Below are positions 1 to 8,945 of a DNA stretch of 35,972 nucleotides, in pieces; position 1 is the first letter of the stretch; each line of letters begins with the position of its first letter. A program made the position numbers and the translations under genes. The notes beneath the pieces are model-generated. The model was not told where the DNA came from. It was given only the letters and a program-made list of their open reading frames with translations, and searched no databases. The DNA is from Anaerohalosphaeraceae bacterium (lineage in GTDB: Bacteria; Planctomycetota; Phycisphaerae; Sedimentisphaerales; Anaerohalosphaeraceae): the NCBI GenBank assembly GCA_963675525.2, contig CAXXSL010000007.1:1-35972 (forward strand), written 5' to 3'.

Positions 1-570
1 ATTCGCCAGATCGGCGAAAAAGCATTCGTCCAGGCCAGCGAAAAGGCCGGGCGGATAAAAAATCCGGACATGATCAGCGACTTCATTGCCATGCAATGGC
101 ACCTGTGGGACTCCACTTCAACCATTACCGAACCGCTGCAAGGCATGGATCCGGGTAAATCATGGCAGGTCGATCAATGGGTACCCTGGCCGATACCGAT
201 CCCGAATCTGCCGGTACGCACCACAACCTATACACTCGATTCGTTTATGACCGACGACAGCGGCCAGCCAAAAGCCGTCATCAAAAGCGCCTATGCGCTC
301 AGCCAGACAACGCCCAAACAAAAATTTCCAGAACCGTACGACGGCAGGTTTCAGATGCGCGGCCTCATGGGCTTTTTGAGAAATTATAAGTTTCTCTCGC
401 TGGAAGGAACCGGCGAACAAGTCTTCAACGTCAACGAGGGACTCATTGAAAGCGACAACCAGCATTACACCATGGCGGTCAACGCTGAATTCATGCTGCC
501 GCTGGGCGACTCGCTGCCGGTGCTGGAAGTGGACCAAACGATCTCCATCGAACGCATCAAAACTCCCTGA
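1..570 (+). CDS. hypothetical protein, 5'-truncated by the window edge
   Basis: Frame 1 is open from base 1 to TGA at 568-570; GC3-rich codon usage; no recognisable motif. Confidence 0.7.
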   Translation: MRQIGEKAFVQASEKAGRIKNPDMISDFIAMQWHLWDSTSTITEPLQGMDPGKSWQVDQWVPWPIPIPNLPVRTTTYTLDSFMTDDSGQPKAVIKSAYALSQTTPKQKFPEPYDGRFQMRGLMGFLRNYKFLSLEGTGEQVFNVNEGLIESDNQHYTMAVNAEFMLPLGDSLPVLEVDQTISIERIKTP

Positions 571-586
571 TTTCGGAGGTATCCCA

Positions 587-1096
587 TTGGAACGAAAAAA
601 TCTCTGGGCACCGTGGCGAATCAAATACATCCAGGGACTGGCTCAGACCAATGGCTGTTTTCTCTGCGATTATCGCGCCGCACCTGACAAGGATAAAGAC
701 AATCTCGTCCTGTGGCGAACCGACCATGCGTTTGTCGTCTTCAATAAGTTCCCCTACAACAACGGCCACCTGCTGATCGCCCCCAACCGTCATATCGCCG
801 ACCTGTCCGATGCCTCCGATGATGAACTGTTGTGCCTGATGAAACGGGTACGCGACTGCCAGACAGTGCTGTCACAGGCGATCGCCCCGCACGGCTTTAA
901 CGTCGGCATGAATTTCGGGCGATGCGCCGGGGCGGGTCTGCCGGACCATGTGCACATTCACGTCGTCCCGCGCTGGAACGGCGACACCAATTACATGCAC
1001 GTCTGCAGCAACACCGATGTCATCAGCCAGAGCATGACGGAACTGTACGATAAACTGATCGAGATCAGCGAGCGCGAACATCTGCCGCAAAAATAG
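587..1096 (+). CDS. HIT-family hydrolase (Ap4A phosphorylase/hydrolase-like)
   Basis: LWAPWR start, CxxC (CFLC), NKFPYNNGH and HIT motif HVHIHVVPRW. TTG start at 587 after SD GGAGGT (575-580). Confidence 0.9.
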   Translation: MERKNLWAPWRIKYIQGLAQTNGCFLCDYRAAPDKDKDNLVLWRTDHAFVVFNKFPYNNGHLLIAPNRHIADLSDASDDELLCLMKRVRDCQTVLSQAIAPHGFNVGMNFGRCAGAGLPDHVHIHVVPRWNGDTNYMHVCSNTDVISQSMTELYDKLIEISEREHLPQK

Positions 1097-1137
1097 TAAT
1101 TGATCTTTGAATAATTAAAGAAGAAAAAACGCCTTTT

Positions 1138-1222
1138 TGTCATTCCCGCAGAGGAATGTCATTCCCGCGAAGGCGCCGAATCCAGCGTCTTTCGTGTCAT
1201 TCCGAGCGAAAGCGAGGAATCT
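1138..1222. repeat. three GTCATTCC-type REP-like palindromic units
   Basis: TGTCATTCCCGC (1138), TGTCATTCCCGCGAAGGCGCCGAATCCAGC (1157) and TGTCATTCCGAGCGAAAGCGAGGAATCT (1195). An intact inverted copy lies at 11741-11770. Confidence 0.8.
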
Positions 1223-1265
1223 ATTAAAAATAGCCTCGGCCAACGGCCGAATCCTGCTCCGGCTG

Positions 1266-1330
1266 TTTTGAACATTGAAACATTGGAATTTCGAATTTGT
1301 TTAGGACTTCGAACTTAGAATTTCGGATTT
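1266..1330. repeat. degenerate 7-8 nt periodic tract (TTCGAAT/TTAGAAT-like)
   Basis: ttggaat-ttcgaat ... ttaggac-ttcgaac-ttagaat-ttcggat. Confidence 0.6.
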
Positions 1331-1351
1331 TACCGGTTTTACATTTTTAAT

Positions 1352-2452
1352 ATGCCAAATAACGCCCAATACGCCGTTACCGAGAACACCAGCCGCGGCC
1401 GCCGGTTTGACGAGCCGCCCCATCCCTACCGCAGCCCTTTTGAACGCGACCGCGACCGCATTATTCATTGCGCGGCGTTTCGCCGGCTCGAAGGCAAAGC
1501 GCAGGTCTTCACCACCGGCCTCAACGACCAGTACCGCACCCGCCTGACCCACAGCATCGAAGTCGCCCAGATCGGCCGCACCATCGCGCGGGCATTGGAC
1601 CTCAACGAAAGCCTCACCGAGGCGATCTGCCTGGCCCATGACCTCGGCCACGCCCCGTTCGGCCATACCGGCGAAGCGGTTCTCAATGAACTGATGGCCG
1701 GCTCCGGCGGCTTCGAACACAATCGCCAGGCCCTGCGCATCGTCGATTTCATCGAAACCCCCTACCCGGCCTTCCGCGGACTTAACCTCATGTTCGAAAC
1801 CCGGCTCGGAATGGCCAAGCATTCCAGCCCGTACGACCATCCCGAAGACGATCCGGACTGGCCGCAACACCCCTCGCTGGAAGGACAGATCGCCGACATC
1901 GCCGACCGCATCGCCTACAACTGCCACGACCTCGAAGACGGCCTGCGGTCCCGGCTGATCAACGAGGTCCAGCTCAGGGACCTGGCCCTGTACAAACAAG
2001 CCGCCGAAAAGATCAGTATCGACCAAATCGAAGACTATGTCATCCGCCGGACCCGCCTGTCAAAAGCGATTATGGATATCCTCGTCAGCGACGCCATCGA
2101 AACCAGCCGGGCCAAACTGACCGCCGCCAAGATCACGTCGCTGAAGCAGGTACTGGAACACCCCGCGATACTCATCGACCTCAGTCAACCCGCAGATATC
2201 GCCCTGCACGAGATGGAAAACTTTTTAATGCGCAAAATGTACCTGCACCCGAATCTGAAAGAAACCGCTGACAAAGTTAAAGTCTGGCTCAAGACACTCT
2301 TTACCGACCTGTGCCAACACCCCGAAAAAATGCCCCATTACTACCAAAAAATGACCGACACCCAACCCCTCCAAAGAACCGCCTGTGATTACCTCTCGGG
2401 AACCACGGATCAGTACTGCTTGAAATTGTTAGCAAATATTGAAGAGAAATAA
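1352..2452 (+). CDS. dgt: deoxyguanosinetriphosphate triphosphohydrolase (dGTPase, HD family)
   Basis: RSPFERDRDRIIH, RTRLTHSIEV, AHDLGHAPFGH, FEHN, ADRIAYNCHDLEDG and DYLSGTTD motifs. Confidence 0.93.
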   Translation: MPNNAQYAVTENTSRGRRFDEPPHPYRSPFERDRDRIIHCAAFRRLEGKAQVFTTGLNDQYRTRLTHSIEVAQIGRTIARALDLNESLTEAICLAHDLGHAPFGHTGEAVLNELMAGSGGFEHNRQALRIVDFIETPYPAFRGLNLMFETRLGMAKHSSPYDHPEDDPDWPQHPSLEGQIADIADRIAYNCHDLEDGLRSRLINEVQLRDLALYKQAAEKISIDQIEDYVIRRTRLSKAIMDILVSDAIETSRAKLTAAKITSLKQVLEHPAILIDLSQPADIALHEMENFLMRKMYLHPNLKETADKVKVWLKTLFTDLCQHPEKMPHYYQKMTDTQPLQRTACDYLSGTTDQYCLKLLANIEEK

Positions 2453-2522
2453 TCGGCATTACGCTCTAAATTCGAAACAGCAAGGCGCCCTTTCGGATTT
2501 CACCCCCGTGCCTGTGAGGCAC

Positions 2523-2610
2523 ACGACGGACAGATACTGCCTCCAATTGCTGGAAAACGTAGAGAAGGCATAACTGGTATTACGCTCTAAATCCGAAACA
2601 GCGAAGCGCC
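2523..2610 (+). pseudogene. diverged duplicate of the dGTPase 3' end plus downstream sequence
   Basis: Translates TTDRYCLQLLENVEKA* versus gene end TTDQYCLKLLANIEEK*, offset 121 bp. Both are followed by ATTACGCTCTAAATYCGAAACAGC. Confidence 0.8.
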
Positions 2611-2636
2611 GCTTCCAAAAATTCTCCCCCTGCCAA

Positions 2637-2857
2637 GGGCCAGGGGGTTATGGGAACGCGGGCGTCTCGCCCGCAATGATCATTCGTCCATTGTCAAGGT
2701 AAATGGCTTGTCCTACATCCTCAATATACAATATACAATCGAATGGCCCCCATTATTCATTCTTCAATTATCAATAGAAAATCGAAAGGGCCAGGGGGTT
2801 ATTTGTTCCGTCGGCATCCTGCCGGCACATGGGAACGCGGGCGTCTCGCCCGCAATG
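2637..2857. repeat. two copies of the REP-like hairpin ATGGGAACGCGGGCGTCTCGCCCGCAATG, each preceded by AGGGCCAGGGGGTTA
   Basis: Identical 29-mers at about 2650-2678 and 2829-2857, with GCGGGCG/CGCCCGC stems. Confidence 0.8.
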
Positions 2858-3236
2858 GTCAATCCTCCATCGTCATTCGAAAATTGTCAAACCACACGGA
2901 ATCTGTTTAAACAAAAAATTCCATAAGCCCAAAGGGCTTAAACAATAATAGCCCCGGGCGAAACCCGGGGTTCACGATCCCCCCGCACCCACCGACCCCA
3001 ACGGGGTCGAAGAATTCATCATTCGTCAATCGACAATAATCAATTTGCTTTGTCCACCCCGTCCATGGAGCCTGTCCTGAGCGCAGCCGAATGGGTCCAT
3101 GACCGTCCGTGTTCGTCCATCGACCATCAAAAGTCTGCGCAGCAGACGCCATGTTGTAGATAATATGTAGGCCATCCAAAAGTTCTTATAATGGTTTTTG
3201 AACCCTAAACCGGAACCATTATCGAAAGGATGGCCC

Positions 3237-4320
3237 ATGCGTAGTCTATCAAAGGTACAGACATTTTTCAACACTATCCGTTTAACCCGTAACGATGCAT
3301 TGTTTATTGGTATTGACACCCATAAGGAAACGTATCATGTCGCGCTGCACTTAAACGACACCCCCGCTCTTGATTTTGTCATGCCGTACGAATCCCAATC
3401 AACTTATTGAACAGCTCAAACCGGTCCAGCACGCCATCAAAGAGATTGTTTACGAAGCCGGGCCCACGGGCTATTCATTGGCTCGCACCTTACAAAAACA
3501 CCATCTGCCCGTGACTATTGCGGCCACCTCTAAAACGCCCCGGCCGGCCGCCAAAGAGGACAAGACAGATCGCCTGGACAGTAAAAAACTGGCGTGTTAT
3601 CTGGCCAAGGGGCTCCTCAAACCGGTGACCATTCCTTCGGTCCAGCAGGAGGGGGACCGACAGTTGTGCCGGATGCGGCATCGTCAACGAAAAAACGGAG
3701 CCTGTGTCAAAACTCAAATCAAGTCATTTTTATTACAACACGGGCTGACGGAACCGGAAGGGCTCAAATATTGGTCTGGTAAAAGCATCGACGCCCTCCG
3801 AGCCTTGCGGCTGCCAAAGCCATTACGTTTGTCACTGGACGCGTTACTCAGCGACCTGGACTACCATTCTGACAGACTGACGGTGCTTGAGCGTCTCCTG
3901 GACGAAAGGATGGGGTCAACACCAACCGGCCAGCGGATTGCATTACTTCAAACACATCCCGGCATCGGACCGGTGACAGCACGACAGTTTGTTACGGAAG
4001 TGTTCCACTATGACCATTTTGAGACATCCTGCCAAGTGGTCAAATATGTCGGATTGGCCCCGACGATCCATCAAAGCGGTTCAAAAAGTACATCCGGCCC
4101 CATCAATCGGGACGGGAAGCCGTCCCTTCGTTGCACACTCATTCAAGCCGCATGGCAGTGGGTTGCCGTTGATGTTAAGGCCAAACAATACTTTTGGCGG
4201 ATTTGTCACAGCAATGGGGGTATCAAACAGAAAGCGATCACTGCGGTGGCTCGAAAACTGACCGTGCATCTGTGGCGCATGTTGATAAAAAATGAACCCT
4301 ATCGGGCGGAAAAAGCTTAA
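3237..4320 (+). CDS. IS110/IS1111 recombinase (one apparent extra base near 3387)
   Basis: N-terminal FIGIDTHK (ORF 3198-3410) continues in another frame into YEAG, KTDRLD, HPGIGPVTA and GLAPTIHQSG. ATG 3237 follows RBS AAAGGA. Confidence 0.88.
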
Positions 4321-4334
4321 ACAGTATACGAATG

Positions 4335-4474
4335 GATTGAAGCTCACCACGACGTGCCGACCACGGCCCGAGGCTTGTGTCTTGAACACGATTGTAGATT
4401 GTTGGCGGCACCTCAGGAAGAACGAATCGATTAACGTGTGCTTCGAGCACGAATAACAGACTGAGCGATCAATC
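4335..4474 (+). ncRNA. predicted bridge/seek RNA of the IS1111 element
   Basis: Closing stem GATTGA/TCAATC. Two stem-internal loop-hairpin modules carry CCCGAGGCT and TTGTAG (target matches) and ATAACAG (donor match). Confidence 0.75.
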
Positions 4475-4933
4475 TTGAAAGACAAGGAATATCGATATGA
4501 AGTAAAAAACAAAAAAATTGTTGGTTTTAAAATATAAGACTTGTAAGATGGCCTCATAACAGCCACGGGTGCCAGCCCGTGGACCAAAATCACAACCCCT
4601 CCCTCTGTGAGCCCGCGCAGCGGGCGACATAAATATCAAAAAATTCCACAAGCCCAAAGGGCTTAAACAATAATAGCCCCGGGTAAGCGCCAGCGAAACC
4701 CGGGGTAAACAATCACACAACCCACGACCCCAACGGGGTCAAACAAAATAATCATCATTCGTCCATAGAAAATCGAAACGTCCACCCCGTCCATGGAGCC
4801 TGTCCTGAGCGTAGCCGAATGGGTCCATGACCGTCCGTGTTCGTCCATCGACCATCAAAAGTCTGCGCAGCAGACGCCATGTTGTAGCCACGGGTGCCAG
4901 CCCGTGGACCAAAATCACAACTCCTCCCTCTGT

Positions 4934-4978
4934 GGGGGATAAATTAAGGGGGATAAATTAAGGGGTCAGACACCTTTT
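4934..4978. repeat. 2x GGGGGATAAATTAA followed by a GGGGTCAGACACC REP-like motif
   Basis: Exact 14-bp tandem at 4934-4947 and 4948-4961. Confidence 0.75.
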
Positions 4979-5167
4979 TCTTCCCTATTTTCTATTATCA
5001 AACCCAACGCCCGCCAACATTGATAAACCTTCAATATTTTTACCCGCGGCAAACGCCGCTTCCTCAATTCAAAATACCAATCGACAATCGTCCATCGTCA
5101 TTCGACAATTGCCAATTCCCTCTACCCTGTTTCGCGTGAAAATCCCCGAAATCTGTGGATAAAAAGT

Positions 5168-5195
5168 TTTACATTTATCTAACTTTTGGTATAAT
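5168..5195 (+). promoter_or_regulatory. sigma70-like promoter
   Basis: TTTACA-N16-TATAAT with an extended TGn before the -10. Confidence 0.5.
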
Positions 5196-5374
5196 ACACA
5201 AAATTGGATATTCACAATTAAATAGAGTGCGAGCCCCGCTATCTCGCCCGGCCCCCAACAATGGTCATCCTGAACGTAGTGAAGGATCTATTTAAAAAGC
5301 CATCTGGAAGAAGTCCACATTCTTGGGTTCTTATGTTCTGGAGTTCATGAGTTCTTGGAGCAACCTTTTTTACA

Positions 5375-5740
5375 AAACGAACCCAATTTCCTCCGCAGTA
5401 AAATGACTGTAAGTCATTATCTTATTCTGACTTCTATCTTCTATCTCCTGACTTCTGCCTGTAAATCGAACCCAATACGAACCCAATTTCGCCCCCAAGT
5501 ACCCCCTACTCGCGCAAGCCGTTTCCAGCCCGGAATCGCCGATTTAGTGTTGGAAAAATAAAAAATCGCTTTTTTTGACCCCGTCAACCCCCAAAAAAAC
5601 AAACCCAATTTAAGCCCCAAGTAGCACCTCGACGCAAATGCAATATACTGCATCCAAACCCACCAACGGACGCATCACCCGCATTTTTACCAGCGCCACG
5701 CGAACCCAACCAAACCCAAATGAACCCAAATGCACCCAAT
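5375..5740. repeat. AACCCAA-motif array element
   Basis: (G/A)AACCCAAT at 5379, 5468, 5479 and 5601, plus four 10-bp tandem units at 5701-5740. Confidence 0.7.
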
Positions 5741-5792
5741 CCGGCACCGGATATTTAAACTTTCACAAATCCGGTATTTGGGTATAATGGTC

Positions 5793-6287
5793 ATGATGAA
5801 AAAAACAGAAGTTTTGACAACATGTTTTGGCTTGGGAAAAATCCCGTTTGCACCGGGGACGTTCGGGTCTTTGCCGCCGGTGGCGATTTACCTGCTGGCG
5901 GGGTCTTTCTGCCCGTATCCGCCCTCGGGCCCGATCCTTATGGCGTTTCTGGCCGTTACCGCCGCATGGGTGTGCGTCCAGTTTTCCCCCGCCATGATCG
6001 CCGAGACCGGCAAAACCGACCCGCAAACCATCGTCGCCGACGAAGTAGCCGGCCAGGCGGTAGCGATGCTGTTTATCGCGGTTCTGGACCCGGTCAATAT
6101 CTGGCTGGCAGCAGCATCGGGTTTTGTGCTGTTTAGGCTGTTCGATATTCTCAAACCCTGGCCCTGCAAAAAGCTGGAAAACCTGCCCCGCGGCACCGGC
6201 ATCCTCGCCGATGACCTCATGGCAGGCATCTACGCGGCCATCGTCTACGGAATCCTCTACTGGCTTCTGCCAGGCTATTTCGGATAA
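5793..6287 (+). CDS. pgpA: phosphatidylglycerophosphatase A
   Basis: GLGKIPFAPGTFGS, DPQTIVADEVAG, FRLFDILKPWP and GILADDLMAG motifs; exact start (5787/5793/5796) uncertain. Confidence 0.93.
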   Translation: MMKKTEVLTTCFGLGKIPFAPGTFGSLPPVAIYLLAGSFCPYPPSGPILMAFLAVTAAWVCVQFSPAMIAETGKTDPQTIVADEVAGQAVAMLFIAVLDPVNIWLAAASGFVLFRLFDILKPWPCKKLENLPRGTGILADDLMAGIYAAIVYGILYWLLPGYFG

Positions 6288-6404
6288 AGTGTTTAAGCAT
6301 TTGCACTTATAAGCCGATAACAAACTAAGAAGTCAGAATTCAGAACATAGAACTCAGAATAATTGGAAGCCGACTCTGTCGGCAATACTATAAAATTGAT
6401 GTAA

Positions 6405-8945
6405 ATGGCAATTGAATATTCGATAGAAACCTGCAAACAGCTTCAGGAGGCTTTCAAGACAGCCAACCTTCACCGTCCCATGCGCGTTACGCACTACGAC
6501 GCCGGAACGGAGATGGAATACGAAATCACCCCCGTCGAACCGGGGCCGAACGCGGTCATCCGCTTTGCGATCGAGAAATTCGTCGGGGGCGGATTCGCCG
6601 GACAGGTCTATAAAGTCAGGCTGCTGGGCATCACGCTGGACGGTCAGCCAACCGAAACGATGATGAAACTTCGCGTCGACGACACTTATGCCGTCAAAAT
6701 CCTCATCCCGCCGTCGACGGGGTCGCTGCTGTTTCGCAATTTCCTCTACGCCGTCGGTTTTCAGGCCCCCTTCCAATTGCAGGTCAATCCCACGGCGGCC
6801 CGCGCGGGGGCGCTGTGGCAAAAATTCATCCGGGCCGCGGCGCAGATCCGTTTTAACGACCCGCACTGCGTCAACGATATTCACGCGACGTTTGTGGATT
6901 CGACATTGGGCAGTTGCGGCGAGATCAGCGACTGGGTCGAGGGGCGAACGTGGCGGCTGGAAGTCGATGACCATATCGACCGGCTCAAACGCTGGAAAAA
7001 AGGCAAGCCCGTCGATGAATCGGTGCTCGGCTCGCCCGAGTACCGCGCCAAATACCGGTTCATGACCGGGTTTGTGGACCTGCTGCACGACGTGGGCGCA
7101 CACGAATTTGCCCGGCAGTACGAATGGACGACGTGTAAGAGCCAGCCGAATGCCTTAAAGCGGCTGGATACGAATCATGACCCCCAGGCCGGGTTGATCG
7201 GTGTGGATTTTCGCGCGGGGCTGGCACTGCTGGCGTGTCTGCCGATGAGTCCGGGGGATTTTAAGCTGATCTGGCAGGGGCTGAAACGCGGGTCGCTGGT
7301 GCAGTTTGACCGCGGCGATTTGAAAAAGCTGGAGCAGTATATCAACGAGCATCCGCAAATTCTGGACGCCCTGCCCGCCGGCCGGGAGATGCTGGAAGAG
7401 CTGAAAGCGTGTGAAAAAATCTATCGGGATTCGATTCCCGATATAACGCATAACCATGTTCGCCTGCTGTATGACGGCCGATTCCGCAACCAACTGTTCG
7501 ACAGTGCCGTCACCGGCTGGCAGACACGTAATTTAATCGATGCGGATAAAATTGACGGCTTTCGAAACTGCAAATGCAAAACGCTGCTGTTTTTCCTGTT
7601 GGGCCTGATCCCGATTCTGGGGCGGGTGACGCGAAAAATATGGGCGAAAGCCGACTGGCGAAAACATTACGGTGCGATTTTAACCAGCGTTGATTACTTC
7701 AAGCGGGCGTTCAAAGGGCGGATGTTCGAAAAGCTGATTAAGTGGCACGAGAGCGGACGCATTGACAGCGACAAAGCGATGCGCCTGCAGCATTCCGTGC
7801 CGGGGTATTTGTTTCACGTACCGTTTTCGATATTGCCCGCAGGTCTGCACCGCTTTTTAACCGACCCGGCGATTCTGAAAGACAAACTGTATTTTCTATT
7901 TGTGCGGCCCTACAAGTTGTTGCGCCACGTCGAACTCCGCGAACAGTGGATGCGAGAGATGGTCGCCCAAAGCCAAAAAAAACATATTCTCAGCGATGAA
8001 GACGCAAAAATAATTCTTTCTCAACTTAGCGACCCCTATATACAGAAATACCTTATCGCGCTTGTTTTACATCTTTTAACGATACCCATTACTCAACTTG
8101 TCGGAGTGATTATTGCTGCAATATATTGGATGTATCACCCGGAATTAACTTTTTTGGAAGCCCTGGCTTATGCAGGAGCAATTCAGGGAATTCTGGCAAT
8201 TGTACCGATTTCTCCGGGGTCTTTTTCGCGTGGACTTATCACAACAATTATGGCAATCCGGGACCGCAGCGTAAAAGATTACAACATTGCTTTGTTTTTG
8301 AGCTATTTCAAATATATTGGTTACTTGGCGTTTCCGATTCAGATGACATATCGCTATCCGGCGATGGCACGATTCATGGCGGCGCACTGGGCAACGGACG
8401 CGGTGCATATTGTGCCGGTGTTCGGTGAACGGGGAGCGTTGTTCGAGCACTGGATATTCTGCGTGTTTTATAACTGGCCGCTGACGATTCGCCGGCGGAT
8501 GCAGCAAATCAGCGAACTTCGACAGACGATTGCCGCACGCCTCTGGCATATCCCGCTGATTGCGCTATTGGCGGCAGGTATTTTTGCGGCTGCCCATTAC
8601 GGATATTTTACAAAAACCGGCCTTGCCCCTGTGACAGAGAACATGTGGTTTATCAAACCGCTGTTTTGCCTGATCCTGCTTATTCCTGCCGCCTGTGGGT
8701 GTGCAGCGACCCGTTATGCCGGCGGATTGGCTCGCGCCAAACGCATTGCTTCGGCAGCAATTGTCGGATTAGCCGTCGGAATAATCTATTCTGTTGCAGC
8801 ATACAAAATGGAGCAAGGCTGGAATCTGGAGCAGGTGCAGCTTTGGGTGCCGCTGATCTGGCGTTCGTTCGCAATGGCAATATTCTGCACAATCGGGGCA
8901 ATAATCACTGAAATCAAACTTCCCGACCCGGATATGAAGAAATAA
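6405..8945 (+). CDS. hypothetical 846-aa membrane protein with N-terminal kinase-like motifs
   Basis: GGGFAGQVYKV glycine loop, AVK lysine and VDFRAG; several hydrophobic helices in the C-terminal half. Confidence 0.7.
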   Translation: MAIEYSIETCKQLQEAFKTANLHRPMRVTHYDAGTEMEYEITPVEPGPNAVIRFAIEKFVGGGFAGQVYKVRLLGITLDGQPTETMMKLRVDDTYAVKILIPPSTGSLLFRNFLYAVGFQAPFQLQVNPTAARAGALWQKFIRAAAQIRFNDPHCVNDIHATFVDSTLGSCGEISDWVEGRTWRLEVDDHIDRLKRWKKGKPVDESVLGSPEYRAKYRFMTGFVDLLHDVGAHEFARQYEWTTCKSQPNALKRLDTNHDPQAGLIGVDFRAGLALLACLPMSPGDFKLIWQGLKRGSLVQFDRGDLKKLEQYINEHPQILDALPAGREMLEELKACEKIYRDSIPDITHNHVRLLYDGRFRNQLFDSAVTGWQTRNLIDADKIDGFRNCKCKTLLFFLLGLIPILGRVTRKIWAKADWRKHYGAILTSVDYFKRAFKGRMFEKLIKWHESGRIDSDKAMRLQHSVPGYLFHVPFSILPAGLHRFLTDPAILKDKLYFLFVRPYKLLRHVELREQWMREMVAQSQKKHILSDEDAKIILSQLSDPYIQKYLIALVLHLLTIPITQLVGVIIAAIYWMYHPELTFLEALAYAGAIQGILAIVPISPGSFSRGLITTIMAIRDRSVKDYNIALFLSYFKYIGYLAFPIQMTYRYPAMARFMAAHWATDAVHIVPVFGERGALFEHWIFCVFYNWPLTIRRRMQQISELRQTIAARLWHIPLIALLAAGIFAAAHYGYFTKTGLAPVTENMWFIKPLFCLILLIPAACGCAATRYAGGLARAKRIASAAIVGLAVGIIYSVAAYKMEQGWNLEQVQLWVPLIWRSFAMAIFCTIGAIITEIKLPDPDMKK

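Larger units (their letters stand above)
3160..4562 (+). mobile_element. IS110-family insertion sequence, IS1111 subgroup
   Basis: DEDD recombinase; subterminal IRs TATG(T)AGGCCATC (3164-3176) and GATGGCCTCATA (4547-4558); AG core at both junctions (3158-3159, 4561-4562); long 3' non-coding end; empty site GTTGTAGCCACGGG at 4881-4894. Confidence 0.93.
2912..4934. repeat. tandem ~300-bp composite REP-like unit; copy 1 (2912-3159 + 4563-4609) is split by the IS, copy 2 (4637-4934) is intact
   Basis: 3052-3159 matches 4780-4887 except one base. Both copies share AGCCCAAAGGGCTTAAACAATAATAGCCCCGGG and GACCCCAACGGGGTC hairpins. Confidence 0.9.

Noticed and set aside
1352..2452. dGTPase as an anti-phage defence gene
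   Set aside because: Short housekeeping-type enzyme with host-like codon usage beside a HIT gene; no defence island context.
2402..2573. DGR template/variable repeat pair
   Set aside because: Differences are not adenine-specific and are often synonymous; no reverse transcriptase in the window.
2458..2860. Direct repeats as a possible CRISPR array
   Set aside because: Only two copies of each repeat, irregular spacing and no cas genes. They are explained by the gene-end duplication and REP units.
3370..3410. Programmed frameshift in the IS recombinase
   Set aside because: No slippery heptamer at the junction, and IS110-family enzymes are single-ORF. An indel error or mutation is more likely.
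2708..5653. Short ORFs across the repeat region (e.g. 2907-3179, 4663-4848, 5355-5561)
   Set aside because: They are translations of DNA repeats with no RBS or domain evidence.
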